Shown here: in pieces, positions 1-9,087 of the stretch
How positions within the stretch are numbered: the stretch's first letter is position 1
How the letters are laid out: each line of letters opens with the position of its first letter
From: a virus
Virus record (IMG/VR): IMGVR_UViG_3300019860_000021
Span: 1 to 63,433 of that record
Reading direction: 5' to 3' (one strand)
Length of the DNA stretch: 63,433 nucleotides
The notes under the pieces: model-generated
What the model saw: the letters and a program-made list of their open reading frames with translations, nothing else
What the model was told of the DNA's origin: nothing
Database searches by the model: none
Translations under genes and position numbers: made by a program

Positions 1-127
1 TCGTTTTGCCAGATGGAGCTTCGTAGTTGGGCGTAGTTTCGGGCCACTGGTTCTCCCTTGCTGATGGTCATGGTTTGCTTTTGCAAATGGGGGTGGCTGT
101 CCCGTGGTGGGGTGGCCGTTTTTGTTA
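1..127. repeat. Terminal overlap, exact copy of 63307..63433
   Basis: nt 1-127 (tcgttttgccagatggagc...ggccgtttttgtta) are identical by eye to the last 127 nt. This implies a circular or circularly permuted assembly with a unique length of 63,306 bp. Confidence 0.9.
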
Positions 128-172
128 TTTGCCGGGCCACCCTGGTGGTTGTGAGACCCGCGGGGTGTGGGG

Positions 173-535
173 TTATCCCCATGCCACGTGGGATTTGTGT
201 TTTTTGGCCCATTCGGCCAGGTCATGGAGTTCGCGGAGCCGCATGGCCAGGTGGCCGGGCTCGCGAGCTCCAGTGACCACCTGGGCCTCGACAGTGATGC
301 CGCCGAGGTCCAGTCGGCTGTCTGTGACGGCCGGGATGCCGTTGGCATCGTCGGTGGCGATACCGAGCAGCGCCAGGGCCAGGAGGACCCGGCCGAGGAA
401 GTCCTCGGCGGGTGCGACCCCGCACATGTCGTACGGGTCGTAGCCGAGGAGGTCGAGGAGTGCTGCGCCGTTGGCGTTGTGCACGTTGACCTCCGGGCCG
501 TCGTAGCGACCGGCGGGGTGGAAGGTGACGGACAT
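173..535 (-). CDS. hypothetical protein (120 aa)
   Basis: ORF 173..739 trimmed to the ATG at 535 (MSVTFHPAGRYDG...), which follows a GAAGGGAGG SD. No recognisable domain. Confidence 0.5.
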   Translation of the reverse strand: MSVTFHPAGRYDGPEVNVHNANGAALLDLLGYDPYDMCGVAPAEDFLGRVLLALALLGIATDDANGIPAVTDSRLDLGGITVEAQVVTGAREPGHLAMRLRELHDLAEWAKKHKSHVAWG

Positions 536-686
536 TGGGGGCCTCCCTTCGGTGTGGGTGGTGATCAGTGGGAGGGGGCCCGTCACCGGACCACTGGGAC
601 CGTTGTGGAGTTGTGTGGAGGAGCGGGCTCTCGGTGCAGCCGACGAGAAGTGACCCCAAGCCCGCCTGGGCGTGGCGGGCTTACTG

Positions 687-1295
687 CTAGCCACGCTCCC
701 ACCCCTCCACCGGCAGCGGCCGCGCCCTAGGGTCATCAATCGTCCACGGCGTCCACGCCGCAGGCGGCAGATAGCCCCTTTTGCGTGCCCGAGCCTGCAC
801 CCACCGCCCAGTCTGGTCGGTACGGCACAGCCGAGCTAGCTGCAGGTAGACGCGGGCCACAGCATCCGCAGTAGCAGCGGCCACCTGACGCGGACTGTCA
901 CGCACCACCCGAGAGAGAGTGTTGGCATTAAGCCCAGCCAGCCGGGCAATGTCGACCTGGGACCAGCCCTGGCAAGCAAGGGCCTCCAACCGCCGTTTCG
1001 TGCCAGTGGCTGGCACCCAGGTTTTCCCGCGAGGACGATCAGCGCGGGTAAGCGCGAGCAGCCGATGCGCGTTATGGCGCGTAATCGTGGACTGTCCGGC
1101 GAGCAACCGGTGGATGGTGGCCTCAGGCACCCCAGTCGCCCGGGCAATCCACGTGCGGGACCGTCCAGCCCGGATGAGGGCACGCAGGTGCGCCGCCACG
1201 CCGTCTGCTGGGATGCGGGATGACTCCCACCGGCCCTCAGCCAGGAGAACCCTGCGGCGTTTGCCGTAGCGGCTGGCATAGGTCAGCCTGCTCAC
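687..1295 (-). CDS. multi-HTH DNA-binding protein, paralog of 1292..2083
   Basis: GTG at 1295 overlaps the upstream stop (GTGA). HTH-like segments are RTWIARATGVPEATIHRLL and QVDIARLAGLNANTLSRVV. The C-terminal ARARKRGYLPPAAW motif is shared with the neighbour (TRARKRGWLPPLAW). Confidence 0.6.
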   Translation of the reverse strand: MSRLTYASRYGKRRRVLLAEGRWESSRIPADGVAAHLRALIRAGRSRTWIARATGVPEATIHRLLAGQSTITRHNAHRLLALTRADRPRGKTWVPATGTKRRLEALACQGWSQVDIARLAGLNANTLSRVVRDSPRQVAAATADAVARVYLQLARLCRTDQTGRWVQARARKRGYLPPAAWTPWTIDDPRARPLPVEGWERG

Positions 1296-2083
1296 GCGGC
1301 TTTCCTTTCTTTTCTGCGGGCGCTGAGCCGCCGCCAGTGTGTACGGCACGCCGCCACGATGAGCGGGGATCGATCACCCGCCTGGTAGGCGCGCATACAG
1401 CGGATGAGCTCTGCATCTGTCATCAGTGCGGTGCGGCGTTCCAGCTCTGCCTCAAGCTCGTCTTCGGTGAGGTCGATCAGGTCGTCGTCCCAGGCCAGCG
1501 GAGGCAACCAGCCGCGCTTTCGTGCCCGAGTGCGAATCCCTCGGGATTCCCGCGTGTCTGGGGCTGGCTTGTCCCAGTAGGCGTCGTACAGCTCCCGGAT
1601 TTTCGCGGCGTGACAGGCCATGATGGAGCTGCTTTGCCCGTGGATGACCCGGCTGATGAGATTGCGGCTCACCCCGGAATGGGTGGCCTGCCAGGCGATG
1701 GAATACCCCAGCGTGTAGAGGGCCTGGGTGCGGCGGCGGGACCCGTCAGCGGGGATGGGCTTGGCTGTGGGCAGCGGTGATCGGGGGATGGGAATCTCGA
1801 GAATGCGGCGCGCGGTGACCGGGTTCACTCGCTTGATGGGCTGGTAGAGCAGGTAGTGAATGTTGATGCCGAGCATGGCGTTGATGTCCCGATAGGACAT
1901 GCCAGCACGCATGAGCTGCCGCAGGTGCTGTCGGACGGGGGTAGCGTCCACGAGGTTGGTGGTAGGCGCTCCGACGCGGCGGCGGCGTCCACGCTCGCGT
2001 TCATAGGCGCGCGCGTAGGTGTCGCAGTCCTCACAGCGGCATCCGTCGCGGTAGGTGGAGATGGTGCCGTGGTTGCGAGCCAT
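1292..2083 (-). CDS. multi-HTH DNA-binding protein with N-terminal Cys cluster
   Basis: 263-aa ORF. Contains HGTISTYRDGCRCEDC and HTH-like SYRDINAMLGINIHYLL and HSGVSRNLISRVI. Paralog of 687..1295. Confidence 0.6.
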   Translation of the reverse strand: MARNHGTISTYRDGCRCEDCDTYARAYERERGRRRRVGAPTTNLVDATPVRQHLRQLMRAGMSYRDINAMLGINIHYLLYQPIKRVNPVTARRILEIPIPRSPLPTAKPIPADGSRRRTQALYTLGYSIAWQATHSGVSRNLISRVIHGQSSSIMACHAAKIRELYDAYWDKPAPDTRESRGIRTRARKRGWLPPLAWDDDLIDLTEDELEAELERRTALMTDAELIRCMRAYQAGDRSPLIVAACRTHWRRLSARRKERKAA

Positions 2084-2085
2084 GG

Positions 2086-2532
2086 CTAGGCGGCCTCCTT
2101 TCGTGTGGGCGGGGGCGGAACAGTGGCAGGACGTCCGGCTTGGACCCAGCGGAAACGGCAGGCGGCGCAGAGGGGCTGCCCATCAGGGCCGCGGCCGTTG
2201 TGGGGTTTGGTGTTGTTGCAGCCGGCGCAGGTGATGAGCCTGTGGTAGTCGCTGCGGGGTGCGGGCTTGAGGCCGCGACGGCAGCGTTCAGCGACGAGCT
2301 CGTGTTCGTTGAGCCCTCCCCAGATGCCGTAGGCCTCGGGGTAGGTGAGGGCGTGGGTGAGGCACTGGGTGCGCACGGGGCAGGTGGCGCAGATGCGTTT
2401 CGCTGCCTGTTCGCGGGCCTTGCGGGCGTTGATGCTCTCGCTGTCCCAGCCAAACCACAGGTCGGGGTCGTGGCCTCGACAGGCAGCTTTGGGGTGCCAG
2501 TCGTTTTCAGGGGCGGGCTGTAGGTGGGTCAT
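2086..2532 (-). CDS. whiB: WhiB-family transcription factor with C-terminal Cys-rich extension
   Basis: CRGHDPDLWF...CATCPVRTQC...GIWGG is the WhiB 4-Cys Fe-S signature plus turn. There is an extra CAGC...CAAC tail. Confidence 0.85.
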   Translation of the reverse strand: MTHLQPAPENDWHPKAACRGHDPDLWFGWDSESINARKAREQAAKRICATCPVRTQCLTHALTYPEAYGIWGGLNEHELVAERCRRGLKPAPRSDYHRLITCAGCNNTKPHNGRGPDGQPLCAACRFRWVQAGRPATVPPPPTRKEAA

Positions 2533-3014
2533 GGTGTCTCCAGGGGGTGGATGCGGATGAGAGCCCCGGGCTGGTCCAGGGCATCAGGGTCGGAGCCGGG
2601 GTAGACCTTGGCGAGCCGCCGGTATTCGACGACGGCCGCGTCGTCTTTCCACACGCCAGCCTCAGTCAGAGCGTCTTCGGTGGCGCGGGCGAGTTTGGAC
2701 AGGTCAGGTGCGCCGGTGGGGCGCGCGGGTGCACTGTCGCGTAGCAGGTGGGCGTTACGTCCGGTCCGGTAGTGAGATTTCGGCCGAGCCAGGGTGAAGA
2801 TCATGTCTACGGCCAGCGGCCCGACAAGGGGGAAACGTCCCTGGTCATAGCGGGTGAGCAGCGCGGCCTGGGCGGCGCGCTGCACTTCAGCTCGCCACGG
2901 CCGAACGTATTTGGACATTTCCTGGGTGATGATCTTGCCTGTGGCCCGGTGCCGGAACGCCTTTTTCGAGCCCTGGGGGGCGGGCCGCCCGTAGACGGTG
3001 ATGATCGTGGTCAC
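2529..3014 (-). CDS. rusA: RusA-type Holliday junction resolvase
   Basis: N-terminal YGRPAPQGSKK and an acidic core PDLSKLARATEDALTEAGVWKDDAAV. 4-nt overlaps with both neighbours. Confidence 0.8.
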   Translation of the reverse strand: MTTIITVYGRPAPQGSKKAFRHRATGKIITQEMSKYVRPWRAEVQRAAQAALLTRYDQGRFPLVGPLAVDMIFTLARPKSHYRTGRNAHLLRDSAPARPTGAPDLSKLARATEDALTEAGVWKDDAAVVEYRRLAKVYPGSDPDALDQPGALIRIHPLETP

Positions 3015-3637
3015 GGCTGGCCTCCGATGTGCACGGTCTGGCGCACGAGTTCGGCGGCGATGGCGGGGTAGCCGTAAAGTTTGGCGAGACGGCGCAGCTC
3101 AGCCGCGAGTTCAACCCGGCGCGGATCATCGGTCCAGCGGGCGCCGTTGTCGGCGATGTGGGTGTCGTGGCCTGCCGGACGGGTGCAGGTGGCTTCTCCG
3201 CCTGAGTGGAGGGGTGCGGTGGCTCCGCAGGGCAGCGGCCCTTTGATGTGGGGGTGTTGCGTACGGCTTTGGGAAACCCGTTCAACGACGCGCACGTCAT
3301 CCACGGACAGGGCGGCGAGCATCTGGTCCGCGAACTGCTCGGCGTATCCCTCGGAGATACCGGCCTCGCACAGGGCGCGGTGGACGTGGCCCCACAGGGC
3401 GCCGCGCTGTTCGAGAGCGACGTCGACCAGGTGGCGCGGGTCGACGTACACATCGGCGTCGGGGTAGGTGACGACGGCGCCGCGGATCGCCCACGTGCCG
3501 CTGTCCTGGTCGTAGTGCAGGATGCCGGTTTCAACGGTGGTGGCGCCGTCGAGGGTGCGCTGGGTGACGCGCACCCTCTGGCCGGTGAGGTCAGCGAGAC
3601 GCTGACGGGCCTCGTTAGGCGGGATGGTGTCGGCCAT
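3011..3637 (-). CDS. hypothetical protein (208 aa)
   Basis: Long ORF in the operon, translationally coupled to its neighbours. No motif recognised. Confidence 0.6.
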   Translation of the reverse strand: MADTIPPNEARQRLADLTGQRVRVTQRTLDGATTVETGILHYDQDSGTWAIRGAVVTYPDADVYVDPRHLVDVALEQRGALWGHVHRALCEAGISEGYAEQFADQMLAALSVDDVRVVERVSQSRTQHPHIKGPLPCGATAPLHSGGEATCTRPAGHDTHIADNGARWTDDPRRVELAAELRRLAKLYGYPAIAAELVRQTVHIGGQP

Positions 3638-3798
3638 CAGGTGTCCTCTTCCTGGGTGGTGGCGTTGGCGGCTTTGGCGAGGGCTTCGGCGAGCAGCCAG
3701 TCACGGGGGTCGTGGATGCTGCCCTTGTCTGGGGTGATGTTGGCGAGCTGGTCGTAGAGGTTTTCCAGCCACTGCGCTGGGGTCTGTTGGGTGGTCAC
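3637..3798 (-). CDS. small hypothetical protein (53 aa)
   Basis: GTG at 3798 overlaps the stop of the upstream exonuclease gene (GTGA). ORF 3637..3831 trimmed. Confidence 0.4.
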   Translation of the reverse strand: MTTQQTPAQWLENLYDQLANITPDKGSIHDPRDWLLAEALAKAANATTQEEDT

Positions 3799-4547
3799 GT
3801 CTCCTCCTTCCTTGTGGGGATGAGGGGCCATTCGAGGTGCACATCGTCGACGGGTTTGCCCTGTTTACGCAGGTAGTCCGCGAAGCTGTGCGCCTGTTCG
3901 GCGGCGGCCTTGACCTGCGTCTCGTGCAGCTCGACCGGCCCCAGCGCGGCGAGCTTCGGGTTGCGGTTGGCGATCACCCACGCCACCCGCGCCGCCGCCA
4001 ACGCATCCGCCGCAGACCCATGCGCGTCCTCCTCGGCGAGGGCCACGCCGTAGTGAGCAGCGACGTCGATGAGTTTGCGTGAGCCCTTCCGGTACCGGTC
4101 GATCTGCTTGTCGAGGATGAACGGGTCCACGATGGGGCCTCGGACTGCGAACTGTTCCCACTCGGCGGCGAGATCCGCGTGGCCGTGGCGCACGAGTTCG
4201 CGGTGTATGAGGGTGATGTCGTAGCGGGCGTTGTAGACGATGACGGGTATCTGGTTGCGGTAGGCGTACAGCACCGCGGAGGCGATCTCCGCCACCGCGG
4301 CGGCGGCGGGCTGACCCTGCTTGCGGGCCTGCTCGGTGGTGATGCCGTGCACTTGGGCGGCCTCGGCGGGGATCTCCACGCCGGGGTTGACCAGCCATTC
4401 CCGGTGCTTTTTGTCGTGGCCTGGGGTGATGAGCCAGCAGGCGGCGGTGACGATACGTGCCTCGTTCGGGTTGGTGCCGGTGGTCTCGGTGTCGAAGCTG
4501 GCGAGCGGCCCGTTGTGCCAGCCCGTTGCCTGTTGCTGGTTGGTCAC
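3795..4547 (-). CDS. DnaQ-like DEDDh 3'-5' exonuclease
   Basis: Exo I SFDTETTG, Exo II VIVYNARYDITLI, Exo III HGSAADALAAARV. GTG at 4547 follows a GAAGGGA SD. Confidence 0.8.
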   Translation of the reverse strand: MTNQQQATGWHNGPLASFDTETTGTNPNEARIVTAACWLITPGHDKKHREWLVNPGVEIPAEAAQVHGITTEQARKQGQPAAAAVAEIASAVLYAYRNQIPVIVYNARYDITLIHRELVRHGHADLAAEWEQFAVRGPIVDPFILDKQIDRYRKGSRKLIDVAAHYGVALAEEDAHGSAADALAAARVAWVIANRNPKLAALGPVELHETQVKAAAEQAHSFADYLRKQGKPVDDVHLEWPLIPTRKEET

Positions 4548-4615
4548 TGAGGTCCCTTCTGTGGGTGGGCTGTCCCGTGTCCCGCGTGACGGGACAGCCC
4601 GAGAGGTATTGGCGT

Positions 4616-5377
4616 CTAGCCCTGGCTGGTGGCGGCCTCGGGTGTCTGTTCGCCCCACTGCTGATCAGCCCAGTCGACCTGGTCCTCTTCAGAGGGCTCG
4701 AATTCGTCGGGCTGCTCCTCGTGAGGGGCGGCCTGCTGGCCGCGGGCGTGGATTTCCTCGACTGTCACCCTGGGAGGCGCTTCCTCGACTGGCTTGTCCT
4801 GCAGCTCTTCAGTCGAGTAGGGCACAGCGAACAACACGTCGGATGCGATCAGCCGGCAGATCTCCGAGGTGGCGCGGGCCACCAACATGGATTGCGGCTG
4901 GCGTTTCCACTGCTCCTTGCTGGTCAACCCCAGCTTCTGGGCGCGCTCGATCGTCCAGACGACGGTCTGCCACTCCTCGTCGCCCTTGCGGCGGCCGCGC
5001 ATCCGGCACAGTTCCGGCGTGGACTCCACCAGTTGGATCTGGTGACCGGCACGCTGCACGAGCGCCCGCATGGCGTGGGCGCGCAGCGACGGGGTGCCCT
5101 GGATGATGTCCAGGCTCCGCAGCGCCGCCATGGGCTGCATGCCGAGCTCTTGTCCGGTGAGGATTGCCGCGGTGATGTCCGCTGGCCTGCCCTGCAGGCT
5201 CCGGGGGACGAAGCTCGTGCGGGCCAGTGACTCGGCGATTGCGTGGGCCTGGCGGGCGGCCAGCGCCCAGGTGATCAGCGGGTTGTCGGCGCCTGCGGGC
5301 GCCTGCTGGTGGGGGGTGAGTGTGCCTTCCTCGTGCAGCGGCTCGGGCTGGGTGGTGTCGTGGGGCTGGATGGTCAC
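4616..5377 (-). CDS. recT: RecT-like single-strand annealing protein
   Basis: Core ILTGQELGMQPMAALRSLDIIQGTPSLRAHAMRALVQRAGH...WKRQPQSMLVARATSEICR resembles the RecT family. Adjacent to an exonuclease partner. Confidence 0.75.
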   Translation of the reverse strand: MTIQPHDTTQPEPLHEEGTLTPHQQAPAGADNPLITWALAARQAHAIAESLARTSFVPRSLQGRPADITAAILTGQELGMQPMAALRSLDIIQGTPSLRAHAMRALVQRAGHQIQLVESTPELCRMRGRRKGDEEWQTVVWTIERAQKLGLTSKEQWKRQPQSMLVARATSEICRLIASDVLFAVPYSTEELQDKPVEEAPPRVTVEEIHARGQQAAPHEEQPDEFEPSEEDQVDWADQQWGEQTPEAATSQG

Positions 5378-6258
5378 AGGGACGCTCCTTCGTACTGTTG
5401 CGTGTAGTAGGAGGGGAGAGAGACGACGACCGGGGAGTCGTCGGAGTAGCCGGGCCAGTTGCCGGTGCGTCGGCAGGTGGCGTAGCGTTGGCGGGCCTCT
5501 CGTGCCAGGTAGGAGCCGATGGTCAGGGCTTCGTGGTCGAGTTCGACCACCGTCACCAGGTACGGGGCCTGTTTTTCTTGGAAGACGAAGAGGAACGCGA
5601 CGTCCTCAGCCAGGCCGAGGGCGCGCACCCCGTCGATGTACCAGGCGGCCTGTAGGTGGTAGCCGTGGTCGACGATCACCCGCGGCAGCTTGTTCGGGTC
5701 TGCGGTTGCGCAGGTTTTGTAGTCGGCGAGGATGAGCCGCCCCTGCTGGGTGGGGTGGGGCAGGTGGTCGATCCGTGCCCGGCACACCACTCGCGTGTCG
5801 CTGTCCTGCCAGAACAGGGACTGCTCAGCCCTGCCCGCGGACTCGGTGAAGATCGGCCCCGCCACCGGGTGGCTCTTGAGGGCTTCGGCCATGGCCTGGA
5901 TCTGCTCGTAGTCGCCTCGTTTGAGCGGGATCGCGCCGCGTTCGCGGGCCTCTCGCGCTGCTTCGCGGGCGGCCTTGGTGCGCCAGTCCGGGTAGTCGAG
6001 CACGGCGAGTTCGGGGCCGACGCCGAGCACGAGTTTGTGCGCGGCGGTGCCGAAGTCGAAGTGCGGCCTCGGCGCTGGCGGGTGGGATTGTTCGTAGCGG
6101 AAGCGGGCCGGGCACTCCAGCAGCCGCCGGGCGCCGGTCGATGACAGGCTTCCCCCGGGGACGGGGTCGGCGTGGTAGATGTGCTCGGGCAGGTCGTACA
6201 GGCCGGGGCGGCGGATGACGGTCCGCTCCTCGGCTTGTTCTGGTGTAGTGGCGGTCAT
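5374..6258 (-). CDS. PD-(D/E)XK (Cas4/RecB-like) exonuclease
   Basis: ARIDHL...LILADYKTCA...YHLQAAWY motifs. ATG at 6258 overlaps the upstream stop (ATGA). Paired with recT. Confidence 0.75.
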   Translation of the reverse strand: MTATTPEQAEERTVIRRPGLYDLPEHIYHADPVPGGSLSSTGARRLLECPARFRYEQSHPPAPRPHFDFGTAAHKLVLGVGPELAVLDYPDWRTKAAREAAREARERGAIPLKRGDYEQIQAMAEALKSHPVAGPIFTESAGRAEQSLFWQDSDTRVVCRARIDHLPHPTQQGRLILADYKTCATADPNKLPRVIVDHGYHLQAAWYIDGVRALGLAEDVAFLFVFQEKQAPYLVTVVELDHEALTIGSYLAREARQRYATCRRTGNWPGYSDDSPVVVSLPSYYTQQYEGASL

Positions 6259-6518
6259 GAGGGTTCCTCTCTGTGTTCGGCAGCCCACGAGTCGACCACC
6301 AGGTCAAGGTGGGTGAGGGTGTGGGCGGCCTCCTCGGCCGCGCGTATGTCCGACGCGATCTGCGCGTACAGCCTGTTGGCGAACCTCATGAGGTAAGTTG
6401 CGGCCTCAAGCGCTTTACGAGCGTCCTGAGGATCGCTGGTTTGACCCCACAGTTCACGGGCCACGACGGTGGTTTTGAGGGCGCGGCGGGTGTTGCGCGC
6501 GGTGTCACGCCATCCCAC
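6255..6518 (-). CDS. hypothetical protein (87 aa)
   Basis: ORF in the operon with a coupled stop/start. No motif. Confidence 0.5.
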   Translation of the reverse strand: MGWRDTARNTRRALKTTVVARELWGQTSDPQDARKALEAATYLMRFANRLYAQIASDIRAAEEAAHTLTHLDLVVDSWAAEHREEPS

Positions 6519-6538
6519 GAGGCACCTCCCCGTTACGG

Positions 6539-6838
6539 TCAGTCATTGGTGTCCTCCTGTGCGGCGTGTCGACCGGTGGAGGGGACGAGGGTGTTGAGGA
6601 GGCGCTGGGTGCCTTCGGCGTCCAGCTCCACCAGCCGTTCGATGAGGGCCCTGTTGACCCGGTCGAGCTGGCGGTTTTCCTCGCGCAGCCTCCGGGCCTC
6701 TTTGCGGTAGAGCACGTAGCGGGCGATCAGCGGTGCCTCAACGGCGGCGACGAGGGCGAGGATGAGGAGGGCGCCGGCCATCATGGTGGCGGCGGCGACG
6801 GCGCCCACGCCGATCATCGCGATGCTGCCAACGCTCAC
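6539..6838 (-). CDS. membrane-anchored coiled-coil protein (99 aa)
   Basis: N-terminal hydrophobic stretch IAMIGVGAVAAATMMAGALLILALVAAV, followed by a charged helical tail. Confidence 0.5.
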   Translation of the reverse strand: MSVGSIAMIGVGAVAAATMMAGALLILALVAAVEAPLIARYVLYRKEARRLREENRQLDRVNRALIERLVELDAEGTQRLLNTLVPSTGRHAAQEDTND

Positions 6839-6990
6839 CTGTTCTCCTTGAAGGTGAAGCCGGGGCGAGGCCGCTGCCCGCGTTTGGGGCGGGTGTCGGC
6901 CCAGCGGGTGAGGGGATCGGGTCCGCGCGGGTTGCGTGGGAGGGGCGGCAGCTCGACGGGTTTCCGCTGCTCTTTACGGTTGGTCACCAC
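6835..6990 (-). CDS. small basic protein (51 aa), tentative
   Basis: GTG at 6990 overlaps the stop of 6984..7412. Its own stop is coupled to 6838. Confidence 0.3.
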   Translation of the reverse strand: MVTNRKEQRKPVELPPLPRNPRGPDPLTRWADTRPKRGQRPRPGFTFKENR

Positions 6991-7412
6991 CAGCCCTCCT
7001 CCTCCGCCTTGTATCCGATCCCCGCCAGCCATTCATGGGCGTGGATTGCCGGAATGCCCTTGCTGATGAGCGCGCGGATTCCGCACTTGTACGTCATCTC
7101 GACACCGTCGATCTCGTAGGTCCACCGGCGCGACGACAGACGCGTGATGGCGTGCAACTGTTCGTGGATGCGAGCTGCCTCCGCGGCCCGCTGGGTGGCT
7201 CGTGCCTCGGTGGGCTGGACACCCCTGACGCGGCAGGTGGACATGGTGGGGTCGTTCAGGTGCCACTCCCAGACGGTGTAGCCGTGCCAGCGCAGGGGTT
7301 CGACCGTGTAGGTGATCTCGGGGGCCACGCGGCCGGTGGGGTCGAGGGTTTCGTCTCGGGTGGGCAGGTCCACGATGGTCGTGGTGTGCTGTTCGTGGTG
7401 CACAATGGTCAT
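6984..7412 (-). CDS. hypothetical protein (142 aa)
   Basis: ORF 6984..7655 trimmed to the ATG at 7412 (MTIVHHEQ...), which follows a GGAGAGG SD. Confidence 0.55.
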   Translation of the reverse strand: MTIVHHEQHTTTIVDLPTRDETLDPTGRVAPEITYTVEPLRWHGYTVWEWHLNDPTMSTCRVRGVQPTEARATQRAAEAARIHEQLHAITRLSSRRWTYEIDGVEMTYKCGIRALISKGIPAIHAHEWLAGIGYKAEEEGWW

Positions 7413-7489
7413 TGAGATACCTCTCCTGGAGCTGCTAGAGGTGTCGTGGCCTCCGCTCGGGTGTCGGCCGGGCGGGGGCGTTTGTGTTT

Positions 7490-7735
7490 TCAGGCCGCTT
7501 CTGCGGCAGTGGCTGCGGCGCGGGTGGCGGCGACTTGGCGGCGCAGCGCTTCGAGCTGCGCCGGGTTCCAGGCGGCGCCGTTGAGGATTCGGTTCCGTCC
7601 GGCCTGGCGCCACAGCTCGGGGTCGATGCCTGCGGGGGCGGGCTGGTTGGCCCATGCGGCGAGCGCGTCGTAGGGGATGCCGGTTTCGTCGGCGAGCCGG
7701 TGAAGGTGGGCTTGGATCTGGGGGTCGGCGGTCAT
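7490..7735 (-). CDS. hypothetical protein (81 aa)
   Basis: ATG at 7735 overlaps the stop of the Cro-like gene (ATGA): MTADPQIQAHLHRLADETGIPYD... Confidence 0.5.
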   Translation of the reverse strand: MTADPQIQAHLHRLADETGIPYDALAAWANQPAPAGIDPELWRQAGRNRILNGAAWNPAQLEALRRQVAATRAAATAAEAA

Positions 7736-7959
7736 GCCTTCTCCCCGGGTGTGACGAGGTCGTCGACCGGGACCTCGAGGGCGTTGGCGATGCGGTGCAT
7801 TGTGACGCGGGACGGGGTGCGCTGCCCGTTTTCCACGCGGGACAGGTAGGCCCGTGATCTTTTGGTTCTTTGGGCGAGGTCTTCGAGGGTCCATCCGCGC
7901 TGTTCGCGGAGGGCGCGGATGGTGTCTCCGCTGACGGTGACAGTGCTCATGCCAGCCAT
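7732..7959 (-). CDS. XRE-family (Cro/CI-type) HTH regulator
   Basis: QRGWTLEDLAQRTKRSRAYLSRVENGQRTPS is a canonical HTH_3-type motif. First gene of the leftward arm. Confidence 0.85.
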   Translation of the reverse strand: MAGMSTVTVSGDTIRALREQRGWTLEDLAQRTKRSRAYLSRVENGQRTPSRVTMHRIANALEVPVDDLVTPGEKA

Positions 7960-8131
7960 GTTGCCTGCTGTTGCCTATCGATGTCAACATTGTGCCGGCA
8001 TGAAGTTGGCACGATCCCTAATTTTGATGATGCAAATGTGACGTGGAGCACTGTGGTGAGTGCCATGCTTGCCCCGGCAGGCGAAGGGTAGAGTGTTGCC
8101 TACCGTTGCCTCACCCCGAGACGAGATACCG
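7960..8131. promoter_or_regulatory. divergent switch region with four GTTGCCT heptamers
   Basis: tGTTGCCTgctGTTGCCT at 7960-7976 and tGTTGCCTaccGTTGCCT at 8095-8111, with 10-bp phasing in each pair. Lower GC than the flanks. TTGACA on the minus strand at about 7984-7989. Confidence 0.6.
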
Positions 8132-8644
8132 ATGCACGCGAGTGAGAGATGGCAGCGACTAGCAGAACTCCTAGCCGCACGCCGGGCGCGGCTGAACCCT
8201 GAATGGGCAGACCGCACCAGGTTCTGCTCCGACACCGATCTCAGCTACCGGTCGCTGTCCGACCTCGAAAACGGGCGGCGCGACAACTACAGCCCGGCCT
8301 GGTTAGCGAAGGTGGAACGCGCCTACCAGCTCAAACCGGGAGCGATCAGAAGGTACGTCGACAATGAGGTCGACACGCTGGAAACCTGTGGCAGCGGCGC
8401 CCCCTCAGAGCCGCTGGCCTCAATGCAGCGTCCTGCTGAGGACTCCCCCTCCCCTCAGCAGGACGATTGGGTTGAGGGAGTGTCGTGGTGGCCGTCCCGA
8501 CGTGACCCGGCTCTGCGCGTCTACCGGATGCGGTGGCTGGATGCCAATGGCCGTCGGCATGAGTACATCACTGAAGCTGACCGTGAAGTGTCACCGTCTG
8601 TGATCGTTGAGTATCTGGAGCGTAGGAAAAGCGAAGCGATGTAG
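8132..8644 (+). CDS. HTH regulator (candidate repressor), first gene of the rightward arm
   Basis: ORF 8060.. trimmed to the ATG at 8132. HTH-like DLSYRSLSDLENGRRDNYSPAWLAKVERAY. Divergent from the Cro-like gene. Confidence 0.6.
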   Translation: MHASERWQRLAELLAARRARLNPEWADRTRFCSDTDLSYRSLSDLENGRRDNYSPAWLAKVERAYQLKPGAIRRYVDNEVDTLETCGSGAPSEPLASMQRPAEDSPSPQQDDWVEGVSWWPSRRDPALRVYRMRWLDANGRRHEYITEADREVSPSVIVEYLERRKSEAM

Positions 8645-8671
8645 AAGAGCCGGCCCCGCTACGTGTGAAAA

Positions 8672-8709
8672 CAGTCGCCGTGTCGCTCACGTACGGCGGC
8701 TGTTTTTTT
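8672..8709 (+). terminator. rho-independent terminator
   Basis: cagtcgccgt / acggcggctg stem followed by T7, 28 nt after the stop at 8644. Confidence 0.75.
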
Positions 8710-8823
8710 CATGCACATAAACATCACAAAAAAACACCAAAACAGGTAACGTGTCTCTACCCACCAAAAAAGGGCGCTGCTGCACCAGGTCAATGGCGAT
8801 CAGCTCGAGGGGGGAGGGATGCA

Positions 8824-9087
8824 TTGGCCACCCAGCAGGCACGAGCAGCCGTGCACGTCACCATTCACACCCGCGCCGAGGGAGCACCAGTAGAAGTGTC
8901 CCGCATAGTCGGGGCCGCCACCACACTCCATATTCGCGAAGGCACCACCTGCCAGGAGATCTCCCACGCCATAGGTGAACACCTCAACGGCGACGAGATC
9001 GCCTCATTAACCCGAATTTTTGCTGATCACGGACTCGTTCTAAACCGCACCCCAGAACGCGAAATTCTGCGAACAGATTTCACATAA
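8824..9087 (+). CDS. hypothetical protein (87 aa), start uncertain
   Basis: ORF 8665.. begins inside the terminator, so it was trimmed to the TTG at 8824 after GGGAGGG. Lower-GC 3' half (moron-like). Confidence 0.35.
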   Translation: MATQQARAAVHVTIHTRAEGAPVEVSRIVGAATTLHIREGTTCQEISHAIGEHLNGDEIASLTRIFADHGLVLNRTPEREILRTDFT

